64,000 bases of DNA from an uncultured bacterium (GTDB taxonomy: Bacteria > Actinomycetota > Coriobacteriia > Coriobacteriales > Coriobacteriaceae). The stretch is from contig CAJMLI010000002.1 in the NCBI GenBank assembly GCA_905214285.1, positions 101,015 through 165,014 of the forward strand, given 5' to 3'. The notes beneath the pieces are model-generated. The model saw nothing but the letters and a program-made list of their open reading frames with translations, had not been told where the DNA came from and searched no databases. Shown here one piece after another: positions 18,531 to 29,255 of this stretch. The translations under genes were made by a program, and so were the position numbers. Position 1 is the first letter of the stretch. Each line of letters starts with the position of its first letter.

Positions 18531-19031
18531 ATGGATATCCAACTTAAGACGGGATGCTTTGATGACGCGGCGTTGGTGCGCCGCGTCGTTTTTATGGACG
18601 AGCAGGGCTACGAGAATGAGTTTGACGCTATCGACGAGGATCCGAACTGCATCCATGTGACGCTCTATGTAGACGGTGAGCTTGCCGGTTGCTCGCGCGT
18701 GTTTCCCGAAGAACTCGAGCGCGCAGCTGACGCAGAGGCTCCGGTGTCGCCGGCGTGCGACTTGGACGAAGGCGTCGCGGCGGGGGAGACCTACATTATG
18801 GGGCGCGTGGCCGTGCTGCCGAGCATGCGCCGTCGCGGTTTGGCGAGCAAGATTGTCGAGGCCAGTGATACGTGCGCGCGTGATGCCGGCGCCAAGCTCA
18901 TTAAGCTGCACGCGCAGGAATACGTGCTGCCGCTCTATGCCAAGGCGGGTTACACGCAGATTGCCCCGGTGGACTACGAAGACGAGGGCCAGCCCCATGT
19001 TTGGATGGCCAAGCGCGTAGATGGCAGATAG
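18531..19031 (+). CDS. GNAT family N-acetyltransferase
   Basis: Acetyl-CoA-binding motif VLPSMRRRGLASKIVEA. The ORF opens at 18513; ATG 18531 has an AAAGGG RBS. Confidence 0.7.
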   Translation: MDIQLKTGCFDDAALVRRVVFMDEQGYENEFDAIDEDPNCIHVTLYVDGELAGCSRVFPEELERAADAEAPVSPACDLDEGVAAGETYIMGRVAVLPSMRRRGLASKIVEASDTCARDAGAKLIKLHAQEYVLPLYAKAGYTQIAPVDYEDEGQPHVWMAKRVDGR

Positions 19032-19233
19032 GGACGTTCTTTTTCTGCCGGCAGTTGGGGACACTCCTTGGCAATTGGCGCATTGGAACGCTCGGACATA
19101 CAGTTTTTCGATACCGTGTGTATATATGCGCGCTAATGGGTTATAAAATCTAAGTCTGAACATAGCAGGTCTGCGATGCGGCTCGGGCAACTGGGCCGTT
19201 TTTGCGGACGGGGGTAGCGCGAAGGGACTGCAC

Positions 19234-21258
19234 ATGCGTCAATTTAAGACCGAGAGCAAAAAACTGCTCGACCTCATGATCAACTCCATCTACACCAATA
19301 AGGAAATCTTCCTGCGCGAGCTTATCTCTAACGCGAGCGACGCCGTCGACAAGCTCAACTTTAAGAGCCTGCAGGACCCGAGCGTTAAGATCAACCAGGG
19401 CGACCTGGCCATTCGCGTCTCCTTCGATAAGGATGCCCGCACCATCACGATTTCGGATAACGGCATCGGCATGACCGCTGAGGAGCTCGAGCGCAACCTG
19501 GGCACCATCGCCCACTCCGGCTCCGAGGAGTTTAAGACCGAGAACGCCGAGCAGCAGGGCTCCGATGTCGACATCATCGGTCAGTTTGGCGTGGGCTTCT
19601 ACTCGGCTTTTATGGTCGCCAGCCATGTGAAGGTCGTCAGCCGCGCTTATGGCGAGGATACCGCCCACGTTTGGGAGTCCGACGGTCTTGAGGGCTACAC
19701 CATCGAGGATGGCGAGCGTGCTGAGCACGGTACCGATGTCATTCTGACGCTGCGCGAGAACGAGAAACTCGACGCCGACGGCGAGGCCGAGACCTACGAT
19801 CGCTTCCTGACCGAGTGGGGCCTCAAGAGCCTGATTCAGCAGTACAGCAACTATGTGCGCTACCCGATTCAGATGATGGTGAGCAAGAGCCGCCAGAAAC
19901 CCAAGCCCGAGGACGCCGGCGACGACTACAAGCCCGAGTACGAGGACTACCAGGAACTCGAGACCATCAACTCCATGACGCCGATCTGGAAAAAGCGCAG
20001 CTCCGACGTTGAGCAGAAGGATTACAACGAGTTCTACAAGTCCACATTCCACGACTTTGACGATCCCGCGCGCACCATCAGTTTCCATGCCGAGGGCACG
20101 CTCGAGTACGACGCCCTGCTGTTTGTGCCGGGCCGCGCTCCGTTCGATCTGTACAGCAAGGACTACGAGAAGGGCCTGGCGCTCTACAGCTCCAACGTGC
20201 TGATTATGGAGAAGTGCGACGACCTGCTGCCCGACTACTACAACTTTGTGCGCGGTGTCGTGGACTCTGCCGACGTGACGCTCAATATTTCGCGTGAGAC
20301 GCTGCAGCAGAACCGTCAGCTCAAGGCCATCGCCAAGCGCGTGGAAAAGAAGATTACCGCCGACCTTGAGGATATGCGTGACAACGACCGTGAGGCCTAC
20401 GAGAAGTTCTTTGAGAACTTTGGCCGCGGTCTTAAGTACGGCATCTACTCGAGCTATGGCATGAAGGCCGATGAGCTCGCCGACCTGCTGCTGTTCTGGT
20501 CTGCCAAGGAACAGAAGATGATTACCCTGGCCGAGTATGCCAAGGGCATGCCCGAGGGCCAGAAGGCAATCTACTATGCCGCCGGCGATTCGCGCGAGCG
20601 TCTGGCCAAGATGCCCGTCGTGAAGGGCGTGCTCGACCGCGGCTACGATGTACTGCTGCTGACGCAGGACGTGGATGAGTTCACCTTCCAGGCCATGCGT
20701 GAGTACGTGGCTGCCGATATGCCCAAGGTCTACGACGATGACACTGCTCGCGAGGCTGCCGAAAAGGCAGTTGCCGATGGTGCCGAGCCTGAGGTCGAGG
20801 ATCGTCACCTAGAGCTTAAGAACGTCGCGACCGGCGATCTTGACTTGGCGACCGATGACGAGAAGAAGGAGGCCGAGGACGCCACCAAGGAGAACGAGGA
20901 CCTCTTTGGCGCTATGAAGGAGGCACTCGGCGACAAGGTCGAGAAGGTTGCCGTCTCTGCGCGTCTGACTGACGCTCCCGCCTGCATCACCACCGAGGGC
21001 CCGCTTTCGCTCGAGATGGAGAAGGTGCTCCAGAAGGGTCCCGAGGGCGCGCCCGACGGTATGCCCAAGAGCCAGCGCGTGCTCGAGCTCAACGCCAAGC
21101 ATCCGGTCTTTGCCAAGCTCGTCGCTGCTCAGAAGGCAGGCGATGCCGACAAGATTAAGCAGTACTCCGGCCTGCTCTACGACCAGGCCCTGCTCGTCGA
21201 GGGTATCCTCCCCGAGGACCCCGTGGCCTTCGCGGCGGCTGTCTGCGATCTACTTTAG
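19234..21258 (+). CDS. htpG: Molecular chaperone HtpG (Hsp90)
   Basis: LRELISNASDAVDK, GQFGVGFYSAFMVA, full-length 674 aa. Confidence 0.9.
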   Translation: MRQFKTESKKLLDLMINSIYTNKEIFLRELISNASDAVDKLNFKSLQDPSVKINQGDLAIRVSFDKDARTITISDNGIGMTAEELERNLGTIAHSGSEEFKTENAEQQGSDVDIIGQFGVGFYSAFMVASHVKVVSRAYGEDTAHVWESDGLEGYTIEDGERAEHGTDVILTLRENEKLDADGEAETYDRFLTEWGLKSLIQQYSNYVRYPIQMMVSKSRQKPKPEDAGDDYKPEYEDYQELETINSMTPIWKKRSSDVEQKDYNEFYKSTFHDFDDPARTISFHAEGTLEYDALLFVPGRAPFDLYSKDYEKGLALYSSNVLIMEKCDDLLPDYYNFVRGVVDSADVTLNISRETLQQNRQLKAIAKRVEKKITADLEDMRDNDREAYEKFFENFGRGLKYGIYSSYGMKADELADLLLFWSAKEQKMITLAEYAKGMPEGQKAIYYAAGDSRERLAKMPVVKGVLDRGYDVLLLTQDVDEFTFQAMREYVAADMPKVYDDDTAREAAEKAVADGAEPEVEDRHLELKNVATGDLDLATDDEKKEAEDATKENEDLFGAMKEALGDKVEKVAVSARLTDAPACITTEGPLSLEMEKVLQKGPEGAPDGMPKSQRVLELNAKHPVFAKLVAAQKAGDADKIKQYSGLLYDQALLVEGILPEDPVAFAAAVCDLL

Positions 21259-21419
21259 TTACGCGGTTTTACCAAACCGCGTAACCGGCCGACGCTGCAA
21301 GCCCGCCAGAGCGGCAATCTGCCTTTCAACTTCGGCGGCATGACCAGAAGGTCAATGCCGCCTCGTTTCAAGGCACCTTGCTCGCTCTGGCGGGCTTTCG
21401 CTGTCTGCGCCAAAACATC

Positions 21420-21675
21420 GGCATTGTTATGGGTAGTCGTTGGGGACGTTCTTGTTTGACTAGTCGTTTAAGAATGTCCCCAATGACTATTCGTATTGCT
21501 AATTTGTGCGGGTTGTGGTTTTGTGACCTGCTGAAATTTGAGATACTGTACAACTGTACGTTAACTAATCTTCGTAGTATATTGCTACCCGCAAAACTCA
21601 ATACCATTGTGCTTCGAGACGCTAAAGCGCCTACGTACAATGGTTTTTGATAGTACGATTTGATTCAACGACAGG
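21420..21675. promoter_or_regulatory. AT-rich (about 40% GC) regulatory island upstream of the YhgE/Pip gene pair. It contains a nested palindrome: ggggacgttctt gtttgactagtcgttt aagaatgtcccc
   Basis: Sharp drop in GC relative to the flanks. 12-bp imperfect inverted repeats around a GACTAGTC core. Confidence 0.45.
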
Positions 21676-24465
21676 ATGGATGGTCCAAGCGTGAGTCTCG
21701 GCAGCAAACTATCCGATGCAAAGGTCTCCTTTGCGATATTCAAGCGCGACATTAAGCGACTGCTTGTGAACCCCGTCGCCTTGGTGGTTACCCTGGGCGT
21801 GTGCGTTATCCCCTCGCTGTACGCTTGGTACAACATCGTGGCTAACTGGGATCCATATGGAAACACCCAGGGCATTAAAATCGCTATCGCCAACAACGAT
21901 CAGGGCACCCAGAACGACCTAGTGGGCGAGCTCAATGCGGGCGATAAGGTGGTCGACCAGCTCAAGGAAAACGATCAGCTGGGCTGGACCTTCGTCGACT
22001 CGGCTGCCGATGCCAAAGAGGGTGTCGAGAGCGGGGAATACTACGCTGCGATCGTAATCCCCAAGAACTTCTCCGACAATCTTGTCTCGATGCTCGACGG
22101 CAATTACCATCAGCCGAAGCTCACCTATTACGTCAACGAGAAAAAGAGCGCCATTGCGCCCAAGGTGACCGATACCGGTGCCAATACTATCGAGGAGCAG
22201 ATCAATTCGGAGTTTGTCTCCACGGTGGGCGAGACCGTAGCGGGCATCGCCAAGGATGCCGGCATCGATTTTAAGGATAAGACCGCCCAGATTCAGGATT
22301 CGCTGACGAGTTCGGTGTCCGAGGCATCCGATACCTTGAGCGAGGTTCGCGATTCGATTGGCGACATGAATGCCGCCATCGATAAGACGAGTGGCGCTAT
22401 CGCCTCGGCTGATGCCGCGTTGGCGGGCCTGCAGGGTCAGACGCCCTCTCTAACGCAGGCAATCGCTCAGGGCAATGACCTGCTGGGCGAGGCTCGCGCT
22501 ACGGCGGGCAACTCTGTCGCCTCGCTCTCCAAGGCGCTCTCGGAAGGCAGCCTTGCGCTCACCAAGACGTCAGCCTCTGCGAACGCTGCGATTGGCAAGC
22601 TGACGGGCACAGTCACATCTACGACCACCCGCATCGACAACTCACTCGAGTCTCTCCAAGCGACGATCGATCACAATAAGGCCGTTATCGGGCATTTGGA
22701 GATTCTCGTCAATGACACGTCGACAGGTTCCGAGGAAATTGACGCGCGCATTGTATCGACCATCGATTTGCTCCGCGAGCAGAATGAAAAGCTTCAGAGC
22801 ATCAAGGACGGTCTGTCTGCGCAGTCGAGCGCCATGGCGAATGACGCCGCGGCCGTCTCGGGCGCAAGCGACGCTATCAATAACGCAATTCAGACCGGTG
22901 CGACCAACCTTGGCCAGGCCCAGACGAACCTGGGTCAAAACGCGCTGCCGAAAGCCTCGAGCGCGCTCGATTCCTTTGCCGCCGTTTCGGGCGACCTGAC
23001 CGGCATCGTATCGGGTCTTACGCCCACGATTACGAACGCGCGTGGCACGCTGGCCCAACTCGATGCGACGCTCAAACAGGCCAAGACCACGCTGTCCCAG
23101 ACCGATGCCTTGCTTGCCAAGGTCCAGGACAAGCTCGCAACCGCCGCCAACGACATCACGGCGCTGCAGACCTCTGAGTCAATGGGCGAGCTGGCCGACC
23201 TGATGGGCGTCGACGTCGATGACGTTGCAGACTTCATGGCATCTCCGGTTGAGCTCGCGTCCAAGTCGATCTATCCGGTCAAGAGCTTCGGCTCGGGCAT
23301 TGCCCCGTTCTATACCAACCTAGCGCTTTGGGTGGGCGGCTACGTGCTTATCGCCATCTACAAGCTCGAGGTCGACCGCGAAGGCATCGGCAGCTTTACC
23401 GCGCGTCAGGGTTACTTTGGCCGCTGGTTGCTACTGGTGATCCTGGGCGCGTTGCAGGCCATCATCGTTACGGTAGGCGATCTGGTGATTGGCGTGCAGT
23501 GCGTCAGCCCGCTGCTGTTCGTGCTGGGCGGCATCGCCATTTCGTTCACCTACGTCAATATCATCTATGCGCTGTCCACCACGTTTAAGCATATCGGCAA
23601 GGCTATCGGCGTCATTCTCGTCATCGTGCAGATCCCGGGTTCGTCGGGCATGTACCCCATCGAGATGATGCCCGGCTTCTTCCAGTGGCTGCACCCGCTG
23701 CTGCCCTTTACCTACGGCATCAATCTGCTGCGCGAAACGGTCGGCGGCATGTACTCGTTCAACTATCTGTTTAACCTGTGCATTCTGGGCGTGTTCTTGA
23801 TCGTGGCGCTCTTTATCGGTCTGCAGCTGCGTCCGCTGCTGCTCAACCTCAATCTGCTCTTTGATAAGCAGCTTTCCACGACGGGTCTGATGATCTGCGA
23901 GTCCAATGACCTGCCGCGCCAGCGCTACTCGCTGCGCACGGCCATGCGTGTCATGCTCGATTCCGATTCGTATCGTCGCGAACTGCTCGATCATGCGGTC
24001 GCCTTTGAACATCGCTACCCGTACTACATCAAGGGCGGTTTTGCCGCCGTGGTGGGCGTTCAGGTCCTGCTCTTTGTCCTGTCGACGGTTCTCGATATCG
24101 ACAATAACGGCAAGATCATCCTGCTCGTTATCTGGATTATTTCGGTTATCGCCATCTGCGGCTGGCTCATCAACATCGAATACATCCGTGCGAGCCTCAA
24201 TACCCAGATGCGTATCTCGGCGCTTTCGGACGAGGACCTTCGCCGCGAGATGCGCGAGCACACGGCGGCGATCCCTGCCGCCCGTCGCATGTTTGGTCTC
24301 AACGCCAGCGAGCGTGGCGCCAAGGGAGGCGAACAGCCTACGAGCCGTCTGCCGCATATCGGTGCGCATCGTAAGGCTCAAGATGCCGACGGCGTTGACA
24401 ACGTAAACGGAAACGACGGGGATACCACCCCGCTCGGCAAGCACTCCAAAGGAGGTGAGGCATAA
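21676..24465 (+). CDS. YhgE/Pip domain membrane protein (929 aa)
   Basis: N-terminal TM, a long extracellular region with Ala/Ser/Thr-rich coiled repeats, and a C-terminal ABC-2-like multi-TM block. It has the YhgE/Pip/EsaA-like architecture. Confidence 0.75.
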   Translation: MDGPSVSLGSKLSDAKVSFAIFKRDIKRLLVNPVALVVTLGVCVIPSLYAWYNIVANWDPYGNTQGIKIAIANNDQGTQNDLVGELNAGDKVVDQLKENDQLGWTFVDSAADAKEGVESGEYYAAIVIPKNFSDNLVSMLDGNYHQPKLTYYVNEKKSAIAPKVTDTGANTIEEQINSEFVSTVGETVAGIAKDAGIDFKDKTAQIQDSLTSSVSEASDTLSEVRDSIGDMNAAIDKTSGAIASADAALAGLQGQTPSLTQAIAQGNDLLGEARATAGNSVASLSKALSEGSLALTKTSASANAAIGKLTGTVTSTTTRIDNSLESLQATIDHNKAVIGHLEILVNDTSTGSEEIDARIVSTIDLLREQNEKLQSIKDGLSAQSSAMANDAAAVSGASDAINNAIQTGATNLGQAQTNLGQNALPKASSALDSFAAVSGDLTGIVSGLTPTITNARGTLAQLDATLKQAKTTLSQTDALLAKVQDKLATAANDITALQTSESMGELADLMGVDVDDVADFMASPVELASKSIYPVKSFGSGIAPFYTNLALWVGGYVLIAIYKLEVDREGIGSFTARQGYFGRWLLLVILGALQAIIVTVGDLVIGVQCVSPLLFVLGGIAISFTYVNIIYALSTTFKHIGKAIGVILVIVQIPGSSGMYPIEMMPGFFQWLHPLLPFTYGINLLRETVGGMYSFNYLFNLCILGVFLIVALFIGLQLRPLLLNLNLLFDKQLSTTGLMICESNDLPRQRYSLRTAMRVMLDSDSYRRELLDHAVAFEHRYPYYIKGGFAAVVGVQVLLFVLSTVLDIDNNGKIILLVIWIISVIAICGWLINIEYIRASLNTQMRISALSDEDLRREMREHTAAIPAARRMFGLNASERGAKGGEQPTSRLPHIGAHRKAQDADGVDNVNGNDGDTTPLGKHSKGGEA

Positions 24466-26655
24466 ATGAAGAACATCCTGCACCTGTTTAAGCGTGATGT
24501 CCAAAACGTGTCTCGCTCCGTGATCGGCATGGTCGTCGTGATGGGCCTGATCATCGTTCCGTGTCTCTATGCATGGTTTAACATCGCCGGCAGCTGGGAT
24601 CCCTACGGCAATACCGGCAACCTTAAGATTGCAGTGGTCAACACCGACGAGGGTTACGAGAGCGATCTGATTCCCGTCGAGGTCAACGTGGGCGAAAACG
24701 TAACCGCCACTCTGCGCGGCAACGAGAACTTTGACTGGGTCGTTCTCAACGACCGCGATAAGGCGATTGAGGGCGTTAAGTCGGGCGCGTACTACGCTGC
24801 CGTCGTTATCCCTAAGACGTTTAGCGCCGACATGATGACGCTCTTTTCGACCGACGTGAAGCACGCCGATATCGAGTTCTACGAGAACCAGAAGGCCAAC
24901 GCCATCGCGCAGATCGTGACCGAGAAAGGCTCGAGCGCCGTCCAGAGTCAGGTCAACGAGACCTTTACCGAAACCATTACGAGCATCGGTCTTAAAACCG
25001 TGTCCAGCCTGCTCGACTATATGAGCACCGACCAGGTGAGCAACTTTATCGCCAATCTGTCCTCTACGCTGGGCGATTCGGTCCAGGACCTGCAGGACAT
25101 TCAGACCAGCGCAACGTCGCTGGCGGGCGTTTTGAGCTCCACGTCCGATTCGCTGACGTCGGCGGGCGGTATGCTCAAGCAGACGGGCACTGTTGATGAG
25201 TCGACGAAGCAGCTGATGGAGCACGCAAAGAACGGTGTGAGCGATTCCGAGGAAGCGCTCAAGGCAGCCAACGACGCCATCAACACCGCGATCGACGGAA
25301 GCGCGGGCTCATTCGACAACGTGTCTACCGAGCTTGCGAAGGCGTTTGACGCCGCGAACCAGCATGTCGACGTTACGGTGACCCAGCTCAACAAAGCCGC
25401 GTCGGCACTCGAATCGCGTGCCAACGATATCGATGACGTGGCTAACCAGCTTCGCAGTTTTGCCGAGCAGGTGAGTGACGAAAAGCTCCAGGACAGTCTT
25501 AAGTCTGTGGCGACATCGCTGGGCAGGATCGCGACGGAGTATCGCAACAACGCCAAGGACCTGAAGGCAACCGCAAAGTCCCTCTCGGACAGCATGGCAG
25601 AGGTTAACAAGTCGCGTGCCGAGGTCGATCAGGCAATCGCGGATGCCAAGGCTGGTATCTCGGGCGCCAAGACTGACTACGACTCTACGTTTTCGGTCAA
25701 GGCCAAAGAACTCAAGAAGACTATTTCGGGCGTTTTGGATTCGCTCAACGGTATCTCGGGCGATCTGGATAGTGCCGTAGACGGTCTGACCGACGCATCC
25801 GGTTCGCTGGCAAAGGGCCTCTCCAAGGCTGCAAAGCTGGTCAACAAAGCTTCCGATCAGCTGGGTGAGGCGTCGGACAAGATTAGCGCTTTCAAGGACG
25901 AGCTCGACGGTGCCCTTATGTCGGACGATCTGGCCACGATCAAGACGATGATCGGTAATGATCCCGAGGGTTTGGCCGTGTCGCTTTCCGGCCCCGTCGC
26001 GCTCGACCGCAAGCCGGTCTATCCGATCCGCAACTACGGTTCGGCCATGGCGCCGTTCTACACGATTCTGTCGCTGTGGGTCGGCTCGATCGTACTGGCG
26101 GCCATGATGAAGGTCTCGGTTGACGATGAGCTCATCAACGAGCTCATCCCCGTGCGCCTGCACGAGATCTACCTGGGTCGCTACCTGTTCTTTGGCGGTT
26201 TGGCCCTGCTGCAGGCGACGCTCGTGTGCGCGGGCGACATCCTGTTCTTTGGCATTCAGTGCGACAACCCACTGCAGTTTGTGCTGGCGGGCTGGGTTGC
26301 GAGTCTCGTGTTCTCCAATATCGTCTACACGCTTACGGTGTCGTTTGGCGATATCGGCAAGGCGCTCGCTGTCGTGCTGTTGGTCATGCAGGTCGGCGGT
26401 TCGGGCGGCACGTTCCCCATCGAGATGACCGGCCCTGTGTTCCAGGCGATCTATCCGTTCCTGCCGTTCACCCACGGCATCAACGCCATGCACGCTGCCA
26501 TGGCCGGTGCCTACCATATGGAGTACTGGATTGAGCTGGGTATCTTGGCGAGCTATCTGATTCCGTCGCTGGCCCTGGGCGTCGTCTTCCGCCGCCCGGT
26601 CATCAAAGCCAACGACTGGATCATCGAAAAGCTGGAGTCGACCAAATTGATTTAA
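24466..26655 (+). CDS. YhgE/Pip domain membrane protein, paralog (729 aa)
   Basis: Same architecture as the upstream gene. Its ATG immediately follows the upstream TAA (translationally coupled); an RBS GGAGGTGAGG lies within the end of the upstream gene. Confidence 0.75.
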   Translation: MKNILHLFKRDVQNVSRSVIGMVVVMGLIIVPCLYAWFNIAGSWDPYGNTGNLKIAVVNTDEGYESDLIPVEVNVGENVTATLRGNENFDWVVLNDRDKAIEGVKSGAYYAAVVIPKTFSADMMTLFSTDVKHADIEFYENQKANAIAQIVTEKGSSAVQSQVNETFTETITSIGLKTVSSLLDYMSTDQVSNFIANLSSTLGDSVQDLQDIQTSATSLAGVLSSTSDSLTSAGGMLKQTGTVDESTKQLMEHAKNGVSDSEEALKAANDAINTAIDGSAGSFDNVSTELAKAFDAANQHVDVTVTQLNKAASALESRANDIDDVANQLRSFAEQVSDEKLQDSLKSVATSLGRIATEYRNNAKDLKATAKSLSDSMAEVNKSRAEVDQAIADAKAGISGAKTDYDSTFSVKAKELKKTISGVLDSLNGISGDLDSAVDGLTDASGSLAKGLSKAAKLVNKASDQLGEASDKISAFKDELDGALMSDDLATIKTMIGNDPEGLAVSLSGPVALDRKPVYPIRNYGSAMAPFYTILSLWVGSIVLAAMMKVSVDDELINELIPVRLHEIYLGRYLFFGGLALLQATLVCAGDILFFGIQCDNPLQFVLAGWVASLVFSNIVYTLTVSFGDIGKALAVVLLVMQVGGSGGTFPIEMTGPVFQAIYPFLPFTHGINAMHAAMAGAYHMEYWIELGILASYLIPSLALGVVFRRPVIKANDWIIEKLESTKLI

Positions 26656-26750
26656 TACAGCTACGTAAACGCCGCCGGAACATCGAGGTCTTCCAACCCG
26701 ATGCTTTAGCGTAGTGAATTGCATGGGCTGCTTGATTGTTGCTACAGTAG

Positions 26751-26786
26751 CGGGGCGTGCCGGGGGTCCGGCGCGTCCCGTTTTTA
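26751..26786 (+). terminator. Terminator after the YhgE/Pip pair
   Basis: GC-rich imperfect hairpin (ggggcgtgccgg gggt ccggcgcgtccc) followed by gtttttattt. Confidence 0.45.
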
Positions 26787-26856
26787 TTTGACCATGAGGC
26801 GGCACGCAGCCATACGCGTGCGGACACCACGCCCAGATTGAGTGTGAGGATGTTCC

Positions 26857-27840
26857 ATGGCCCAATACGCTGCCAACGAAATCGAAAACTTGCCCGATAG
26901 CCCAGTAGCCCGTGAGGATTTGGGCGCGGGCGGTATTCCCCGGGGCGCCGGCGCACGCTCTCCGCTGTTCTGGAAGGTTCTGCTCCTTTCGGTGGCGGTC
27001 ATCTGGGGCTACTCCTTTACCACTATGAAGGACGCACTCGGCACCATTCCGGTGTTCGCGCTGCTCTATGTACGTTTTCTGCCCGCAGCGTTGGTCATGT
27101 TTGCCGTCTTCCACAAGCGCATCATCGCGCACCTCAACGCTCGCAACCTGATCGTTGGCCTGAGTATGGGCGTGCTCATGTGGGCGGCCTATGCGTTGCA
27201 GACGGTCGGTCTGGCACATACTACGGCGGGCAAGAATGCTTTTTTGACGGGCACGTATTGCATCCTTGTGCCGTTCGCGAGCTATTTCCTGAGCGGCGAA
27301 AAGCTCACGCGCTACAACTTGGGTGCCGCGCTGCTGTGCCTAGCGGGCATTGGCCTCGTCGCACTCGATAGCGTTGAATTCAACATTGGTGACGTCATTA
27401 CGCTGGCGGGTGCGGCCTTTTTCGCCATCCAGATGGCGGTGACTGCCAAGTACGGTCGCAAAATGGACATCAACGTCATCACGTTTTGGATGTTTGTGGG
27501 CAACGGCGTGCTGAGCCTGGCAACGTCGCTGCTATTCGAGACCCAAGCGCCTCTGTCCGTGTGGACGCCGAGCTTTATCAGTTCGATGGCGTTTCTCTCG
27601 GTGGGCTGCACATGCGCGGCTCTGCTCATCCAAAACGTCGGCCTGGCGCATGTCCCGGCCTCGACGGGCTCGCTGCTCCTTTCGATGGAGTCGCCTTCGG
27701 GTGTGCTGTTCTCGGTGCTGCTGATGGGGGAGGCGCTCACCTCGCGCCTGCTCGCCGGCTTCGCGCTCATCTTCCTGTCGATTATCTTGAGCGAGACTCA
27801 CTTCGATTTTTTGCGTCGAAAGCCGCGCCCGCAATTGTAA
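26857..27840 (+). CDS. DMT superfamily (EamA/RhaT-like) transporter
   Basis: Ten predicted TM helices in two EamA-like halves. Confidence 0.75.
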   Translation: MAQYAANEIENLPDSPVAREDLGAGGIPRGAGARSPLFWKVLLLSVAVIWGYSFTTMKDALGTIPVFALLYVRFLPAALVMFAVFHKRIIAHLNARNLIVGLSMGVLMWAAYALQTVGLAHTTAGKNAFLTGTYCILVPFASYFLSGEKLTRYNLGAALLCLAGIGLVALDSVEFNIGDVITLAGAAFFAIQMAVTAKYGRKMDINVITFWMFVGNGVLSLATSLLFETQAPLSVWTPSFISSMAFLSVGCTCAALLIQNVGLAHVPASTGSLLLSMESPSGVLFSVLLMGEALTSRLLAGFALIFLSIILSETHFDFLRRKPRPQL

Positions 27841-27956
27841 ACAACTTGTTGCGCCGCCCTCCCGGGGCGGCATTTTTTATGCCTCGCCCTTAAAGTAGTA
27901 CCTTGCACTTTACGATATCAAAGTGCTTGCTGCAAAAACGATACTGGAGGGCATCT

Positions 27957-29255
27957 ATGGCACCAGCTTTGTCCGATCTTCAACCGCAATCAGCGCCCAA
28001 GGCCACCGCAGCGGCGCAGGCCGCTATCGGTGACGGTCTTGTTGCAGAAGCTCAGGCTTTTGCAGACGAGCTCGCTGCGTGGCGACACGATCTCCACCAG
28101 ATGCCCGAGCTGGGTAATAGCCTCCCACAGACCTCTGCGTATATCCAAGCGCGCCTGACCGAGATGGACATCCCATTTGCCACGCTCGTTGATGGTTCCT
28201 GCGTTGTGGGCCTTGTCGGCGCCGGTGCCGCCGCGGCCCAAGACAATGGCGTCTGCACGAATGAGCAGGCCGGTACGGTCATCATGCTTCGTGGCGACAT
28301 GGACGCCCTGCCCGTTGCCGAGGAATCCGGCGAGCCCTTTGCATCCACCAACGGCTGCATGCACGCTTGCGGTCACGATATGCACGCGACGGCGCTGCTT
28401 GGTGCGGCTCGTTTGCTCAAAGCGCGCGAGACTGAGCTTGTTGATGCCAACGCCACGGTTAAGCTGCTGTTTCAGCCGGGCGAGGAAACCTTTGAGGGTG
28501 CCCGCGCCGCCATCGCCGACGGTCTGCTGCAGAACCCGCGCCCTCAGGTCGCCTTTGCCATGCATGTCAATAGCCAGTCGCCGCTTGGCCTGGTGCTTTA
28601 CGGCAGTCCGGCGCTCTCGGGCGTGTACGGTTTCCGCATCACGCTGCAGGGCAAGGGCGGTCATGGCTCGAGCCCCGAGATCTGCATCGACCCCATTACG
28701 GCGGGTGTGCACGTGCATCTGGCACTTCAGGAGCTTATCGCTCGCGAAGTGCCGGCGGCCAAGGAGGTCGCGCTTACCGTTGGCAAGTTCGCCGGCGGTC
28801 AGGCCGCAAATGTCATCCCTGATACTTGTGTGCTCGAGGGAACGCTGCGTGGCTTCGATGTCGAGCTCATGGAGCACCTCAAGGCCCGCATCGTGGAGGT
28901 CGTCAAAGGCGTTGCCACGACCTATCGTACGCCGGCGACTATCGAGACGCTCTCGGATGTTCCCCCGCTCGTACTCGATGACGATATGACGCAGGCGTCG
29001 CTTGGCTACGTGGGCGCGGTGCTGCCCAAGTCCGCCTTCCTGCCGCTGTTCCACGCCATGGCGAGCGAGGACTTCGCGTTGATCTCGAGCGAGATCCCGA
29101 GTGCGTACTTTACCGTGGGCGCTGCCGTGACTGATACGGACGAGCATTTTGCTCAGCATCATCCCAAGGCACGTTTTAGCGATGCCGAGCTTCCCCTTGG
29201 CGCCGCGGTTTATGCCGCCGTCGCTTTGGGCTATATCGCTGACCACAAGGAGTAA
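27957..29255 (+). CDS. M20D family amidohydrolase (N-acyl-amino acid amidohydrolase / hippurate hydrolase-like)
   Basis: Metal-binding motifs MHACGHDMH, FQPGEETFEGA, GKGGHGS. RBS GGAGGG precedes ATG 27957. Confidence 0.8.
   Translation: MAPALSDLQPQSAPKATAAAQAAIGDGLVAEAQAFADELAAWRHDLHQMPELGNSLPQTSAYIQARLTEMDIPFATLVDGSCVVGLVGAGAAAAQDNGVCTNEQAGTVIMLRGDMDALPVAEESGEPFASTNGCMHACGHDMHATALLGAARLLKARETELVDANATVKLLFQPGEETFEGARAAIADGLLQNPRPQVAFAMHVNSQSPLGLVLYGSPALSGVYGFRITLQGKGGHGSSPEICIDPITAGVHVHLALQELIAREVPAAKEVALTVGKFAGGQAANVIPDTCVLEGTLRGFDVELMEHLKARIVEVVKGVATTYRTPATIETLSDVPPLVLDDDMTQASLGYVGAVLPKSAFLPLFHAMASEDFALISSEIPSAYFTVGAAVTDTDEHFAQHHPKARFSDAELPLGAAVYAAVALGYIADHKE

Noticed and set aside
19150-20808. 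552-aa minus-strand ORF opposite htpG
   Set aside because: Antisense to an unambiguous htpG. Repetitive GLV-rich translation.
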